In this document: one piece after another, positions 40,160 to 51,160 of the stretch | Layout of the letters: each line of letters starts with the position of its first letter | Position numbering within the stretch: the first letter of the stretch is position 1 | From: Patescibacteria group bacterium | Lineage (GTDB): Bacteria > Patescibacteriota > Gracilibacteria > UBA4473 | Direction of reading: 5' to 3' | Assembly: GCA_965660445.1 (NCBI GenBank) | Contig: CBFIAK010000001.1 | Location: 544,001-608,000, forward strand | Length of the DNA stretch: 64,000 bases | Translations under genes and position numbers: made by a program | Notes under the pieces: model-generated | Told to the model about the DNA's origin: nothing | Seen by the model: only the letters and a program-made list of their open reading frames with translations | Databases searched by the model: none

Positions 40160-43100
40160 ATGAATCATTCTTTTTCTCAGTTTTTTTCTTCACTTCGACG
40201 CTTTTGTGTGTTTTTGTGTGTGGGAATGTGTTTGATGCCCTTGCAAATATCATTTGCATTTTGGAGTTGGTTTACACAAAAAGATCAAACCATACGAGCC
40301 GACCGCATACCGCTTGTTTCGATTCTTGTGGAAGAATCGTTATTGGAAAATATAAAACTAAAAAATCTGATTGATCAGTACGCATTACATGTGCAAAATG
40401 CAGTCAAAGGACAATCGGTGCTTGTTGGGGTGCCAAAAGATGCTTCTGTGAAAGATGTTTTTGAGGGGAATGCGCATTTGTATTTTTCAGGTTTTGAGAA
40501 TGAAGAAAAAACAGAACTTATCGGAACGGTTCTGATTGGTGATGTTCCGTTACCGATTGTGCAAAAAGGAGAGAGTTTATATCCTTCTGTTTATCCGTAT
40601 GTTGATTTTGTATCACCATCATTTTTATGGAATGAAGCATCAAATCGATTTGTATTTGAATCTGGTGGTGATGAACAAGCTGAAATATGGCACGGAGTCA
40701 TTCGATCCGATCGACACAATGAAAGCAGAAACCAATCAAATCAAAAGACGATTCAAGAAGACCGAGAAAAAGACTTAGTTTCTTATTTTACTCAGAATGC
40801 TCGTGTTCATCGAGGAGAAGTTTCGTTCGCAAATCAGTTTTTTTGGATGAATCAGCCTTTGCAGAAAGAAGCGTTAAGTGATTCTTTGCGTCAGAAATAC
40901 AATACGTATCTCGAAACACTGGAAGACCGATTATATGCCCGATATTCAAAACACTGGCTTCATCAGATGCATAAAAAAGAGAGTGAGAAAAAAACACTTC
41001 CATGGACACTGCTTTCCTCATCAGTAAAACCTGAAAATGAAATAAATACGCAATCATTAACAGAATCTGTGATTGACGTGGTCACCAAACCTATGATTGA
41101 TTTGTATGCTCATTCATATCGTGAAGCGTGGAAACCATGGATAGCAGGACAACAAAAAAATATAGATATGGCATCACGATGGGACGAGACACAAACAAAA
41201 ACCACTATTGATTTTGTCGCACAAAAAGATGCACTCAGTGGAGCGTTCTTAAAAGGAATAAATGATACACTTACGCAAGAACTCGTATATTTACTTCAGG
41301 AATATAATGGGGCAACCTCTCTCGGGGTTCCGAAAATAAAAGATTCATTTTTTACTGGTACGCTAGACGGAGAAGGGGATGTGCTTTTTTGGAACGGTGT
41401 GGATCGATCGGAAATGACCAGTGAAGATTGTTCGTTATTACGAGGAAACCCAAGAACAGAAAAAAATCTGTTTGCTCAAATGGCGTATGATGGAGATGAG
41501 TTTTTTAATGCAGCGCAAGGTTCTTCTGGGTGCGAAACAGTGTTTACTCGTGTGAATGAAGATGAACAACGAGTGCATCGATTTGATTCCCTTATGGTTC
41601 ATGATGAACCACGTCCTGAAACTATTGCTCAACACCTCGATGCTCTCACACTCAGTAATATACCTATTGACGATCCTCATGGAGTTTCTTTTTATAACCA
41701 TGGGGCTGAGTTTCGTCGGTTTGATATGATAAACTTTTTTGATTATCTCGATGATATAACGTTTCCTTTTGATGAAGAAAAAAGAACAGCATTGTTATCA
41801 CGTATAGAAAACGATATTACTCAATATACGCAATTATTGAATGATTTTTTAGAGTCTGGAAATCAAATAAACCAAGATAGGCTCAATGCAGATATGCCAT
41901 CACAGTGGCCTGTTGATGTCTGCATGCCTCAAGGTGCGTGGGGATGTTATGATGGCGGAGGGTTTCCGTTGTCTTTGAATGATTGTCGTTCTTATTCAAA
42001 AACAGTAAGTAATCCAGATGTATTCACAACTCGCATTGAATGGAATGAAACATGTGAATGGAACACGGCTGGAAATCCATTACAAACAGAAACAAAGACA
42101 GAAAAAGTCGTTCGGTTTTATGAAACAGGAAATCTTATTCCTCAAAATGCTTTATTACAAACGCTTCAAGAACTGAATATAGATCGTATTATCGATGTTC
42201 TTGTTTGGCTTCGTACGGATATAGAAACAAAAAATAATTTAGTTTTTGAGCAAATTTTTAGTTCACAAAGTGAGGCACAATCATTTTTCTTTGATTCTTC
42301 CCTGAATGGGTTTGAAGGTGTTGATTTAGTACTTCAGTCGTTTCCGACTCATGGAAATGCTCCATTAGTGTATGATATGAGTTTTGAGGTAGGGGATTTT
42401 GAAGATGGAGATTATCAATTTATTCGTTCTCAGTCTCGTATGCGTGAAGCGTTTGAAACGCCTATTGCTTTTTTAGGAGTGAGTGCGAGTCAGATGTTTC
42501 CAGAAAAAAAGAGAGAAAGTGATGGGGCTGTGAGGGTCTATACTGATGAAGAAACAGGAGAGCAAGAAGTGTTATTACCAGAAAATAAGAATGATTTTTT
42601 AGATACTCCTTTAGTAATTCGTTTGCAACCAGAAGCACTAATCGTTGGATCAACCGATATTGATGCGATACAAATAGAGGCAACATTATATAATCGAGCG
42701 AATCGGGTTGTGAAAACAGATTTCGAAACCGAGTTAACTCTTTCTTTGCCTCATCAGTTATCAAGAAAATGGTTTCGTGTTATACCTGAAGCAACTCAAA
42801 CCGTTTCATCCGGACGTGCAACGTGGTATCTTCTCCCTCAGGATATTCAAAAATCCAGACTTGATTCTGTTGTTGAGGTGTTTTCGAATACCAATATGAT
42901 TGCCAATATTCCATTGCGTGTATATGACAGTAATATTGATATTTATTGGAACGATGATACGCCTATTGCTGGAAATAAAGATGGAATTCGATTTGAAGGG
43001 CGTATTTTGAATGAAGAAGGGAAAAAAACAAATCAATATGATGGTGAATTGGTAACAGTTCGCGCTGATGGTGGTCGTTTTGAAAACACGGAGTTTGTTA

Positions 43101-46100
43101 TTGAAAATGGAGTATTTGAAGGCTTGTGGTATCCATCAACGCAAGCAAAGGATGTTTCATTTGTATTTGAATCGGTAAGCGATGTTTTACCAATCAAAGA
43201 AACAATGGTTTCAGTGATCCCTGATGAGCCAGTTGAACTCCTATGGAAAGAAAGTCCTAACTCTTTGATTTTGGGTGAAGATTGGGTTTCTTCATCTGTT
43301 ATATTGGTTGATCAGTATAAAAACGAGATTGACGATGTTGTGCATTTTTTAGTGTGGAATATTGAAAACGGAATATTTGAAGGCGCAGAAGAAGCATCAG
43401 AAAAAAGTCTTTTTGGAGTTACTGGGGAGGGAAGTGTGCGTATAAAAGGGACTGCTGGTGGGGAAGCGACTCTTTCCGTGCGATCAGGAATGACGGATGC
43501 CGTTCTTACAAAAGAGATAGAAGTAATTGAGCGTCCAGTGTTACGGGGATTTATGAGAGAAACAGAGATAAAAGTGGGGAAAGATACACCGACTTTTATA
43601 GAGATTGAGGCCCAAACAGCAGAAGGGGATGTTTTGAATCGTGATATTCAGGTTGAAATTCTTCTTTCCGATCCTGACATGGGAACTATTGAAAAACGAG
43701 TTCTCCTTGAAAACGGAGCGGGAAAGATTCCGTTTTTTCCCGGAACAAAAGCAGGGGTTGTATCATTTGAGTTTGTTTCTGCGGGGTTTGAAAGTCGACC
43801 TTTGTTTCTCAAAATAACACCAGACGAACCACATCATATTGAAATGGGCTTCAGTGAAAAAGTATTAAAGGCACAAGCACAACAAAACGCTTTTGTGGAA
43901 GTACAAGTTTCTGATCGGTATGGAAACAGAGTTGATTCTTTTCAAGGAAACGGAGTATTAGCGTTCAACGAGCCACATATTGTGGTTGATGATGTCGACG
44001 AAGATTTGTCACTCACGCTTGAACAAGAACAATACATAGAACAAGAAAATAGAATTCCAGAAAGTGTGTCGCAACCAAATGATCCACAACTACTTCAGTT
44101 TCCAGATGGACGCACGTTTCGATTTCGAAATGGAACAGCTCGAATAAGGGTTCAGTCTTCAGATCGATCAGGTGAAGTGTATATGACTGCAAAAACGAAA
44201 GATGTTCATCCGGGGATACTTCATTTTTCAGTTGTTCGCGGATTAGAACAAGAAACGATCAATACATTTACGGGCAAATCATTACTCACTATTTTGGGTG
44301 GTATACATGGTGGATTTGTGCCACAGAAAAGAAGTTTTGGAAATCAAATAGTTTTATCGGGTGAGAATCAAGCCGTAGGGGTAAGTGTGTCGGATCCTCA
44401 AAATAAAGCACAGAAAGGGTTTTTAACACCTCAGGGAGTTGTGTCTGATAATGTTTCAGTTCGACTTGTTTCGGATGAGTTTTTCACATTGTCAGTTCAT
44501 CAAGAAAAACAACAGCTTGCGAGTGTTCGGTTTTTATTTGCCCCAAAGGGAGAAACCGTATCTTTTCGTCCAGTGAGATCAATATCGGAATGGAAACAAC
44601 AACCATCTGGTATTTATTTTTTACCACACAATGATGAGGGGGTTGTGTTGGAGAATCAAACATTTTTGCACAACGGAAAAAAGCTCTTTACAATAACAAA
44701 AAATGGAGGTGTGCGCGTAGAAAATGTGGATATTTCGTTTCAGTTAAGTTCTGCACAAAACATACACCAGTGGGATGTGTTTTTGCACGATAGACTTTTG
44801 GGGAAACTGCTTGTAAAACCGTATGGAGAGAAAGGATACAGAATTGTTCAAAATTTTTATTCAGTTAGTGAGTCAGGTGTTTATGTGCGTTCGGATTCCA
44901 TGCGTATACGTACCGAGTTTGGATACACCGGGTATACAACGCATGATGATGTTGGAATATTATGGGTTGATAGAGAAGAAGTCGCTGATGAAATAAATCA
45001 ATTAGGCTTTTCAACTTATTCTATTGAAAACTGGGGCGAAGACGAACGAGGAGGATGGAATACTCCGTTTCGACCATTTGTACATTTATCGAGTGGGAAC
45101 ACTATAGGAGAATCAACTCGTATAGGATCAAGTCCAGCGTTCTTGCTTTTTGGAGATCCGACGCTTCGTATTCGCAACGATGATGATCAAGAAAATGAAG
45201 GAATTACGAGTGATATTGGTCGAATATTATGGCGTAGTCGTGCTGGAGATATCGATCATCTTGCGTTTGGAGATATGAATGGTGATGGACTTTTAGATTT
45301 GTTTTTTCAAGTTGAAAACCAAATATGGGTCAGTTATGCGGATAGTTTTTCAAAAGGATCGTATCATACGCCGTTGCCAGTATTTCGATCTTCACAAGAA
45401 ATAAAAAGTTTTGGTGTTTTTGATGCTGCACAAGATGGGTTTTGGGATATGATGTTTCTGGATGAAAAAGGGGAGTTGCAGACCTATAAAAACACACAAG
45501 GGCGATGGAAACGAGAAGAGAAAAATACATTTTTCCAATCAATAAACAAAGGATTAGATCTGCCTTTGTTTGAACGGTTTCGAATTGATTTTGTAGGGGA
45601 AGATTCGATGCTTGATATTATTGCTTTTGACGAAAATCAGTGTCTTTGGTATGCCAACGGTGGAGTCTCTGGATTTGTGAATTTTGATCAGCAAGATTGT
45701 CTTGCTCCTACCACAAAAATTACGGAAGAAATATATCGAGTATCGGATTATCAAGGGATACTCAATCGAACATTTCCAAAAGAAGAATTTTCAGTGTTGT
45801 CACAAACATTTTTTGCGTTTTCTGACCGTGATGTAACCACTGATGACACATTATATTTAACCACTTATGGAATCGAAGATGCAGTGGGACACCATCCTTT
45901 ATCTTTTCATCCTGAACTTGATTCGAAAATATTGATAACACCTCTTGCATCAACAACAATGTCTGAAAAAGGAACACTATTTGATGTGCGTTTAGAAATT
46001 CAATCATTTAATGATCCTCCATTATCGGGTCATGTTATTCTTCCTGATATAGAAGGCTTTCAATTTGAGTCAGGGAGTGAGTCGTGTGAAGGATGTTCAT

Positions 46101-49100
46101 CTTTTGAGGTTCGAGAACGAACCCCTGTTGGAAGTCGTTGGATAACATTTGAAACTGAAAATACTCAGAGCGTTGTGTTTGTTTGGCGTATGTCGGTTGA
46201 TAGGTTGCCTTCGAAAGGATGGCATTTTGAAGATGTGTTATCAGAAACAGGGAAAAAAGAAGTTGTTTTTCCATGGGAAGGGAGTGACCAAACATCACAA
46301 TTGAGAGTGTATTGGGAAAAAGATGGGGCGCTTATTCGGTCTTTTCTTGATATTGAGAACATTGAAGATACCAATGAATCGGATTTTGTAGGAAATAGGT
46401 CTGAAGCCGATATAAAGGCAGAAATTACTCAACCACTCAAGGCTGATTCTGATGGTGATGGGTACCCTGATATATATGAAGAAGGTGGAATGATCCCTAA
46501 AATTGTATTTGAAGAAGGAAATATTGGATCCGTTCTGCAATCACTCAGTAATGATATAACGGAAAAAAAGAAAGAAAAGGTCTGTGAATCAGCTATGCCG
46601 AACGCCGTTTCTTCTCTTCCAAAAACTTTTTTTGCTCCGGGGAGTGATATTGTATATGCGCCGCCGTTTTCTTTTCCGGGCACATTCCATATGGGAACAG
46701 CAAGTTTTTGGTTACCAACACCACCGGTTTCACCAACATCGCAAACATCAAATTTTCGGCTTTATATAATGCCAACTACTACTGGAAAAGTTGGAATTGC
46801 GGGATGCAGTGGTGAATACTTTTCAAGTCTTATACCGCCAAAATGGAGTCCCAATTGTTTTGCTTCAGTACCATCAGGTATTGGACAGATTTGTCATGAA
46901 AAAGAAGTGAATGTGAGTGATGTGCAGTCACAGAATATTATGGCTGGGTTTTCAAAAGAAGATCGAAAAACAAGTTTGAATCCAACTCCAACAAAACCAA
47001 ATCGACAAATAAAAGGAGCAGATATTGTCTCTCAATTTTTTCAAGAACAATTTCGAGAGTATTCAAATATGAAATTCGAAAGTACAACGATCAAAAAACC
47101 AAAAATCCAATCAGGAACAGATACGAGTGAGATAAATACAGCCAGTGAAAGTTCAGTACCAGTGGCAGTACAATATGAAGATCCTCAGTCATGGATGCGG
47201 CGATTGTTTGCATCAACTTTTACACAAACGAATGCACCGCAAGAGAATACAAATCAAGAAGAATTAAATGAAAAGAATGTAGACCAAGAGCTCGCCGAAT
47301 CTCCGTTTGCGAATGTGCAAGAAGATACAGTAACCATTGCTTATCCAAAGGTAACAGAGTCACAAAGAGCAGCCTATCAAGAATCGTATACACAATACAA
47401 AGAGTCCTATTTTGAATGGAAAGAAAAAATGGAATCTGATCGGTTTGCACTTGAATCTCGTATCGCAAAGGCGGAAGAAGAAAACAATGTTTCTTTTGAT
47501 TTTCTTGGAGCTATGGCAGAACTCGAAAAACGAAAACAGCAAGAAGCACAAGAACAACAGAAATTTGAGAAAGCTCAAAAAGATCACAAAGCAGTCATGT
47601 CTTATGCGAAAGGAGGTGTTTTTCTTCAGGAATTAAGTGAGACTATTGATTCAGCAAAAGAATCGCTTTTAGAGCAAACAAGAATGATGGAGTCGTATAT
47701 GATGTCTTATGATGATGTGCTTGGGGATACTTTGCAAAACCTTGAGTCTTTTCAGTCGTCTGCTGACAAGTTTATGCAATCCCTTGATCCGATTATTGAA
47801 CCGTTTGTAAAATACCCTCAAAAATATCCATCTGCCGTGAGTCGGGGGACGCTTTCTGATTGGTTAATTCGTTTATTTTTATCAGGTATTTCTTTGCCGG
47901 TAAAGGGTGTTTCTGTGGGAGGAAATCAAATACTTGATGTCAGTAATTCTATACCAGTGCTTCAGGCTCAAATTCCAAAAATAACAACAAAACCAGTAGA
48001 ACTGAACGTGTTCAGCATTCCTGAAAAACCACAATCTCACTCTATTGAAGAAGGGAATCCGTGGACATTTACACAGTTATGGAACTGGGTTTCATCGCTT
48101 ACTTCTGCTGATCGGGAAAAAGTTATTGATAGGGATCGATTAGGAAGTCTAACAGGAGATGGAAGTGATGAGAATTTAAACACAAAACTTCAATCTTTAT
48201 CAGCAATACAACGGGATGAAGTGATTGATTATGCAGCGCTTGCTTCCTTGATGAATGTCGAGTTAGAAGAAAAAGAGGGATTGCCGATTCTTCCTCAGTT
48301 TCCAATATTCGATTTTAAAGTTCCTTCAATATTATTACCAGCATTAGAAACACTAGAAATACCGTCTTTACCAGATGTGTCTTTACAAACGGTGAAAGAT
48401 ATTGTTACTTTATCTTCTTCAGTCTTGGATTTAGTTGGGGCTGTGAATATGGGAGTAAGTCCAGTGCCAGAATGGTATTTGCGTCCACATATAACACAAC
48501 AAGCGAACCGTGAGACATTAGGGGAGCTTGATTTTCAAGCGTCTGCGTTGTCTTCACCGCCAAAACGAACAGAAAAACCACAAGAAACAAGAACTGAAAA
48601 AAATACAGAACCAACATCGGTACTACAAACAGAACGGTCGTTTGTGGATCAGGTTTCAGAAAGTTTTCAGTGTGTGGTCGAAAAAATAAAAAACAGTACA
48701 AAAGGGTTGCCAATGTCTCGTAGTTGTGGGGTACAAGGAAACGAAATTTCTTTTGAAAGTGGAGTTTCGTCTTCGTTCTATCATGATGATTGGCGGAAAT
48801 GGACGGCATCTACACAAGATATCTCTCAAGTGCCATCAGCATTATCAATAGATAGAGTATCTTCATTTCAAGAGGCTCAATCGAATGTTGAACCACGACC
48901 AAAGCCATATTACTATGAAGAATCAACCGGTAATTTGTTTTTAGTGAACCAGTTAGAAACAGAGGAAAATGTATCGATATATCATTTTGATACAAATTAT
49001 GATGCCGTGGATGAGGTGTTTGTTGTGGTTGGTGATACTGTGTATGCACAAAATCCGTATTGGAACGAATTGAATGATGATACGATATATGATGATATTC

Positions 49101-50296
49101 GGTCAGCGATACGAAATGATATTGTGCGTATGACATGGACTGAGTGGCAAGAAAAGTATGTGTTTGCACGTTCTGTAGATATTCGGTTTGATCCTCGAGG
49201 AGCTGAAATACAAATTCATCGTTTTGATGATGAAGTATCTTATTATGAATGGGTTTTTACTGATCGTCGAGATGATATATTTGATGAAACAAAGAAAACT
49301 ATGGGGAGTTCTTCAGTGGTACGTCGAATTGGAATGCTTGTAGAGCCAGAAATGATTGACTATGATATCCGTCCACAAAAAGCAAATATTGTACGAGTAG
49401 TTGGAAACCCTGTTGGATACATGCCAGCTCTGCAAGATTTACAAACCTATTCCCCAGAGGAATGTGCAAATACACAAGTGCCAAAACCGTTTTTCTCAGA
49501 ACGATCATTAATTATCGGTGATGCTGTGTCTTCTCGGTTGGAGATTCGTGTACCTCCTCGAGAAGGACGACCTGAAAAACGGCAAGGTATTGTCATAAAA
49601 GGGAATGAAGAAACTTCTGTTGAGTATGCGGAAGTATGTGTAACTCGTGGAAATGTGTTTGTATTAGAGAGAGGAAAAAATGAACGAATTGATATACAAG
49701 AAGGTCAATATATTATGCACGGATCACAAATTCATCTTGACCAGAATGATGAAGTAGAACTAGAACTTTTTGATGGGACTCGAGTTGTATTGCGTTCGAA
49801 TCAGCGATATGATTTCTTTGCATTTCCTCCTGAAACACAACGTATTGAGCAGTGGGTTGGGGTATCTGCAGGTGTGTGGTATCATTCTCTTACTGCATTG
49901 AAGGAAAATGTGCCTTCGTTTTGGATACCCCTTGGGGTACTCAATCCTCAATTAGGAGATGATAGATCGCCACCACGCATACGCATTAAAGGGGGAGGCG
50001 AACAGACCTTTATGATGGGAGACTCTATCACCATTGATGCTTCGTTTACAACTGATGATGATAAAATAGCGAGTGTGTGGTGGGATTTGAATGAATCGGT
50101 TGATACAGATAATGATGGTGATGCGGTGAATGACAGAGATTTCGTATCGCGAGATGAAAAACCTCGTGATGCCTTAACCATTACTCTTAATCCGTTTGAT
50201 CGTGTGGGAGAGTATGTGGTTCGGCTTTGGGTTCGTGATTCGGCAGGAAATGAATCGTGGGAATCAGTACGTTTGAAAATTGAGTCACAACCATAA
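40160..50296 (+). CDS. Giant secreted mosaic protein (~3,380 aa): peptidase C25-like motifs, Ig/invasin-like repeats, FG-GAP repeats, coiled coil, FecR-like and PKD domains
   Basis: Signal peptide (..QISFA); LIGDVPLP; D.YGN.V Ig motifs; FGDMNGDGLLDL; DSDGDGYPD; C-terminal WWDL..VDTDNDGD..G.Y.V.L.V.D.AGN; start probably ATG 40160, downstream of TTGAAA-17-TACAAT. Confidence 0.85.
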   Translation: MNHSFSQFFSSLRRFCVFLCVGMCLMPLQISFAFWSWFTQKDQTIRADRIPLVSILVEESLLENIKLKNLIDQYALHVQNAVKGQSVLVGVPKDASVKDVFEGNAHLYFSGFENEEKTELIGTVLIGDVPLPIVQKGESLYPSVYPYVDFVSPSFLWNEASNRFVFESGGDEQAEIWHGVIRSDRHNESRNQSNQKTIQEDREKDLVSYFTQNARVHRGEVSFANQFFWMNQPLQKEALSDSLRQKYNTYLETLEDRLYARYSKHWLHQMHKKESEKKTLPWTLLSSSVKPENEINTQSLTESVIDVVTKPMIDLYAHSYREAWKPWIAGQQKNIDMASRWDETQTKTTIDFVAQKDALSGAFLKGINDTLTQELVYLLQEYNGATSLGVPKIKDSFFTGTLDGEGDVLFWNGVDRSEMTSEDCSLLRGNPRTEKNLFAQMAYDGDEFFNAAQGSSGCETVFTRVNEDEQRVHRFDSLMVHDEPRPETIAQHLDALTLSNIPIDDPHGVSFYNHGAEFRRFDMINFFDYLDDITFPFDEEKRTALLSRIENDITQYTQLLNDFLESGNQINQDRLNADMPSQWPVDVCMPQGAWGCYDGGGFPLSLNDCRSYSKTVSNPDVFTTRIEWNETCEWNTAGNPLQTETKTEKVVRFYETGNLIPQNALLQTLQELNIDRIIDVLVWLRTDIETKNNLVFEQIFSSQSEAQSFFFDSSLNGFEGVDLVLQSFPTHGNAPLVYDMSFEVGDFEDGDYQFIRSQSRMREAFETPIAFLGVSASQMFPEKKRESDGAVRVYTDEETGEQEVLLPENKNDFLDTPLVIRLQPEALIVGSTDIDAIQIEATLYNRANRVVKTDFETELTLSLPHQLSRKWFRVIPEATQTVSSGRATWYLLPQDIQKSRLDSVVEVFSNTNMIANIPLRVYDSNIDIYWNDDTPIAGNKDGIRFEGRILNEEGKKTNQYDGELVTVRADGGRFENTEFVIENGVFEGLWYPSTQAKDVSFVFESVSDVLPIKETMVSVIPDEPVELLWKESPNSLILGEDWVSSSVILVDQYKNEIDDVVHFLVWNIENGIFEGAEEASEKSLFGVTGEGSVRIKGTAGGEATLSVRSGMTDAVLTKEIEVIERPVLRGFMRETEIKVGKDTPTFIEIEAQTAEGDVLNRDIQVEILLSDPDMGTIEKRVLLENGAGKIPFFPGTKAGVVSFEFVSAGFESRPLFLKITPDEPHHIEMGFSEKVLKAQAQQNAFVEVQVSDRYGNRVDSFQGNGVLAFNEPHIVVDDVDEDLSLTLEQEQYIEQENRIPESVSQPNDPQLLQFPDGRTFRFRNGTARIRVQSSDRSGEVYMTAKTKDVHPGILHFSVVRGLEQETINTFTGKSLLTILGGIHGGFVPQKRSFGNQIVLSGENQAVGVSVSDPQNKAQKGFLTPQGVVSDNVSVRLVSDEFFTLSVHQEKQQLASVRFLFAPKGETVSFRPVRSISEWKQQPSGIYFLPHNDEGVVLENQTFLHNGKKLFTITKNGGVRVENVDISFQLSSAQNIHQWDVFLHDRLLGKLLVKPYGEKGYRIVQNFYSVSESGVYVRSDSMRIRTEFGYTGYTTHDDVGILWVDREEVADEINQLGFSTYSIENWGEDERGGWNTPFRPFVHLSSGNTIGESTRIGSSPAFLLFGDPTLRIRNDDDQENEGITSDIGRILWRSRAGDIDHLAFGDMNGDGLLDLFFQVENQIWVSYADSFSKGSYHTPLPVFRSSQEIKSFGVFDAAQDGFWDMMFLDEKGELQTYKNTQGRWKREEKNTFFQSINKGLDLPLFERFRIDFVGEDSMLDIIAFDENQCLWYANGGVSGFVNFDQQDCLAPTTKITEEIYRVSDYQGILNRTFPKEEFSVLSQTFFAFSDRDVTTDDTLYLTTYGIEDAVGHHPLSFHPELDSKILITPLASTTMSEKGTLFDVRLEIQSFNDPPLSGHVILPDIEGFQFESGSESCEGCSSFEVRERTPVGSRWITFETENTQSVVFVWRMSVDRLPSKGWHFEDVLSETGKKEVVFPWEGSDQTSQLRVYWEKDGALIRSFLDIENIEDTNESDFVGNRSEADIKAEITQPLKADSDGDGYPDIYEEGGMIPKIVFEEGNIGSVLQSLSNDITEKKKEKVCESAMPNAVSSLPKTFFAPGSDIVYAPPFSFPGTFHMGTASFWLPTPPVSPTSQTSNFRLYIMPTTTGKVGIAGCSGEYFSSLIPPKWSPNCFASVPSGIGQICHEKEVNVSDVQSQNIMAGFSKEDRKTSLNPTPTKPNRQIKGADIVSQFFQEQFREYSNMKFESTTIKKPKIQSGTDTSEINTASESSVPVAVQYEDPQSWMRRLFASTFTQTNAPQENTNQEELNEKNVDQELAESPFANVQEDTVTIAYPKVTESQRAAYQESYTQYKESYFEWKEKMESDRFALESRIAKAEEENNVSFDFLGAMAELEKRKQQEAQEQQKFEKAQKDHKAVMSYAKGGVFLQELSETIDSAKESLLEQTRMMESYMMSYDDVLGDTLQNLESFQSSADKFMQSLDPIIEPFVKYPQKYPSAVSRGTLSDWLIRLFLSGISLPVKGVSVGGNQILDVSNSIPVLQAQIPKITTKPVELNVFSIPEKPQSHSIEEGNPWTFTQLWNWVSSLTSADREKVIDRDRLGSLTGDGSDENLNTKLQSLSAIQRDEVIDYAALASLMNVELEEKEGLPILPQFPIFDFKVPSILLPALETLEIPSLPDVSLQTVKDIVTLSSSVLDLVGAVNMGVSPVPEWYLRPHITQQANRETLGELDFQASALSSPPKRTEKPQETRTEKNTEPTSVLQTERSFVDQVSESFQCVVEKIKNSTKGLPMSRSCGVQGNEISFESGVSSSFYHDDWRKWTASTQDISQVPSALSIDRVSSFQEAQSNVEPRPKPYYYEESTGNLFLVNQLETEENVSIYHFDTNYDAVDEVFVVVGDTVYAQNPYWNELNDDTIYDDIRSAIRNDIVRMTWTEWQEKYVFARSVDIRFDPRGAEIQIHRFDDEVSYYEWVFTDRRDDIFDETKKTMGSSSVVRRIGMLVEPEMIDYDIRPQKANIVRVVGNPVGYMPALQDLQTYSPEECANTQVPKPFFSERSLIIGDAVSSRLEIRVPPREGRPEKRQGIVIKGNEETSVEYAEVCVTRGNVFVLERGKNERIDIQEGQYIMHGSQIHLDQNDEVELELFDGTRVVLRSNQRYDFFAFPPETQRIEQWVGVSAGVWYHSLTALKENVPSFWIPLGVLNPQLGDDRSPPRIRIKGGGEQTFMMGDSITIDASFTTDDDKIASVWWDLNESVDTDNDGDAVNDRDFVSRDEKPRDALTITLNPFDRVGEYVVRLWVRDSAGNESWESVRLKIESQP

Positions 50297-50694
50297 AAAG
50301 CATTTCGTTGTCACATAAATCATATATGTTTCAGAGGTGTGAAATGCTTTTTGTATGGTGAGGTGACCAACCTCGATTTATTTGCTCCGTATTTTAGTTT
50401 TTTATTTTTTTGTCTGTACTATTCATTTTTTTACAGCGGAATAGAATCGCTTTTTGTGTGTTTGTTTGAGAGAAGAGAATGGTCGGATTCTCAGTTTTTT
50501 GGAGCAAGAGAAGTATTTCTGACCTCAAAACGGTTTTTTTGTTTAAGATCAGAAAGCTTCCCTTTTTTTATGGACAATAAAGCTTTTAAAGAACGACTGA
50601 CTCATCATTGTATCATAAAAAATAAAAAAAATCAAAAAAAGAGTTGCAATAAATAAAGATATTTCTACAATCTGCCAGTATTATATTGAATATT

Positions 50695-51120
50695 ATGGAT
50701 AAACGCATACAACAATTCACGGAAAAATATTGTAAATCATCAGTTCCAGACGTGCGCACTGGGTATCTCGTGTGTGTACATCAAAAGATTAAAGAAGGAA
50801 ATAAAGAACGAATACAAAAGTTTCAAGGAACGGTTATTAAGGTAGGAGATGGTTCTGGTATTCAACGGTCTTTTACGGTGCGAAAAGTGTCTGAGGGAAT
50901 CGGTGTTGAAAAAACATATTTACTTCATTCTCCAAATGTTGTGACCATTGAGGTTCTGCGAGCACACAAAGTACGACAAGCAAAACTTTATTATTTGCGA
51001 GATCTTTCAGGGAAAGCACTTCGAATGAGAGAGATTCCTCTGAAATTAAAAGAACTCTTCTTTAATTCTCAGAAACCAACAGAGAGTGTAACTGAGGAAG
51101 AATCAGTAACTGCAGAATAA
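50695..51120 (+). CDS. rplS: 50S ribosomal protein L19
   Basis: IKEGNKERIQKFQG, FTVRKVSEGIGVEK, KVRQAKLYYLR. Confidence 0.97.
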   Translation: MDKRIQQFTEKYCKSSVPDVRTGYLVCVHQKIKEGNKERIQKFQGTVIKVGDGSGIQRSFTVRKVSEGIGVEKTYLLHSPNVVTIEVLRAHKVRQAKLYYLRDLSGKALRMREIPLKLKELFFNSQKPTESVTEEESVTAE

Positions 51121-51128
51121 AAAAAAAG

Positions 51129-51160
51129 AAAAAAAGAGGGGCATCGCCCCTCTTTTTTTT
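51129..51160. terminator. Bidirectional terminator between rplS and gatA
   Basis: AAAAAAAGAGGGGC-ATC-GCCCCTCTTTTTTT. Confidence 0.85.

Noticed and set aside
50339-50656. 105-aa ORF upstream of rplS
   Set aside because: GTG start, Phe-rich low-complexity composition, overlaps the rplS promoter and has no recognisable motif
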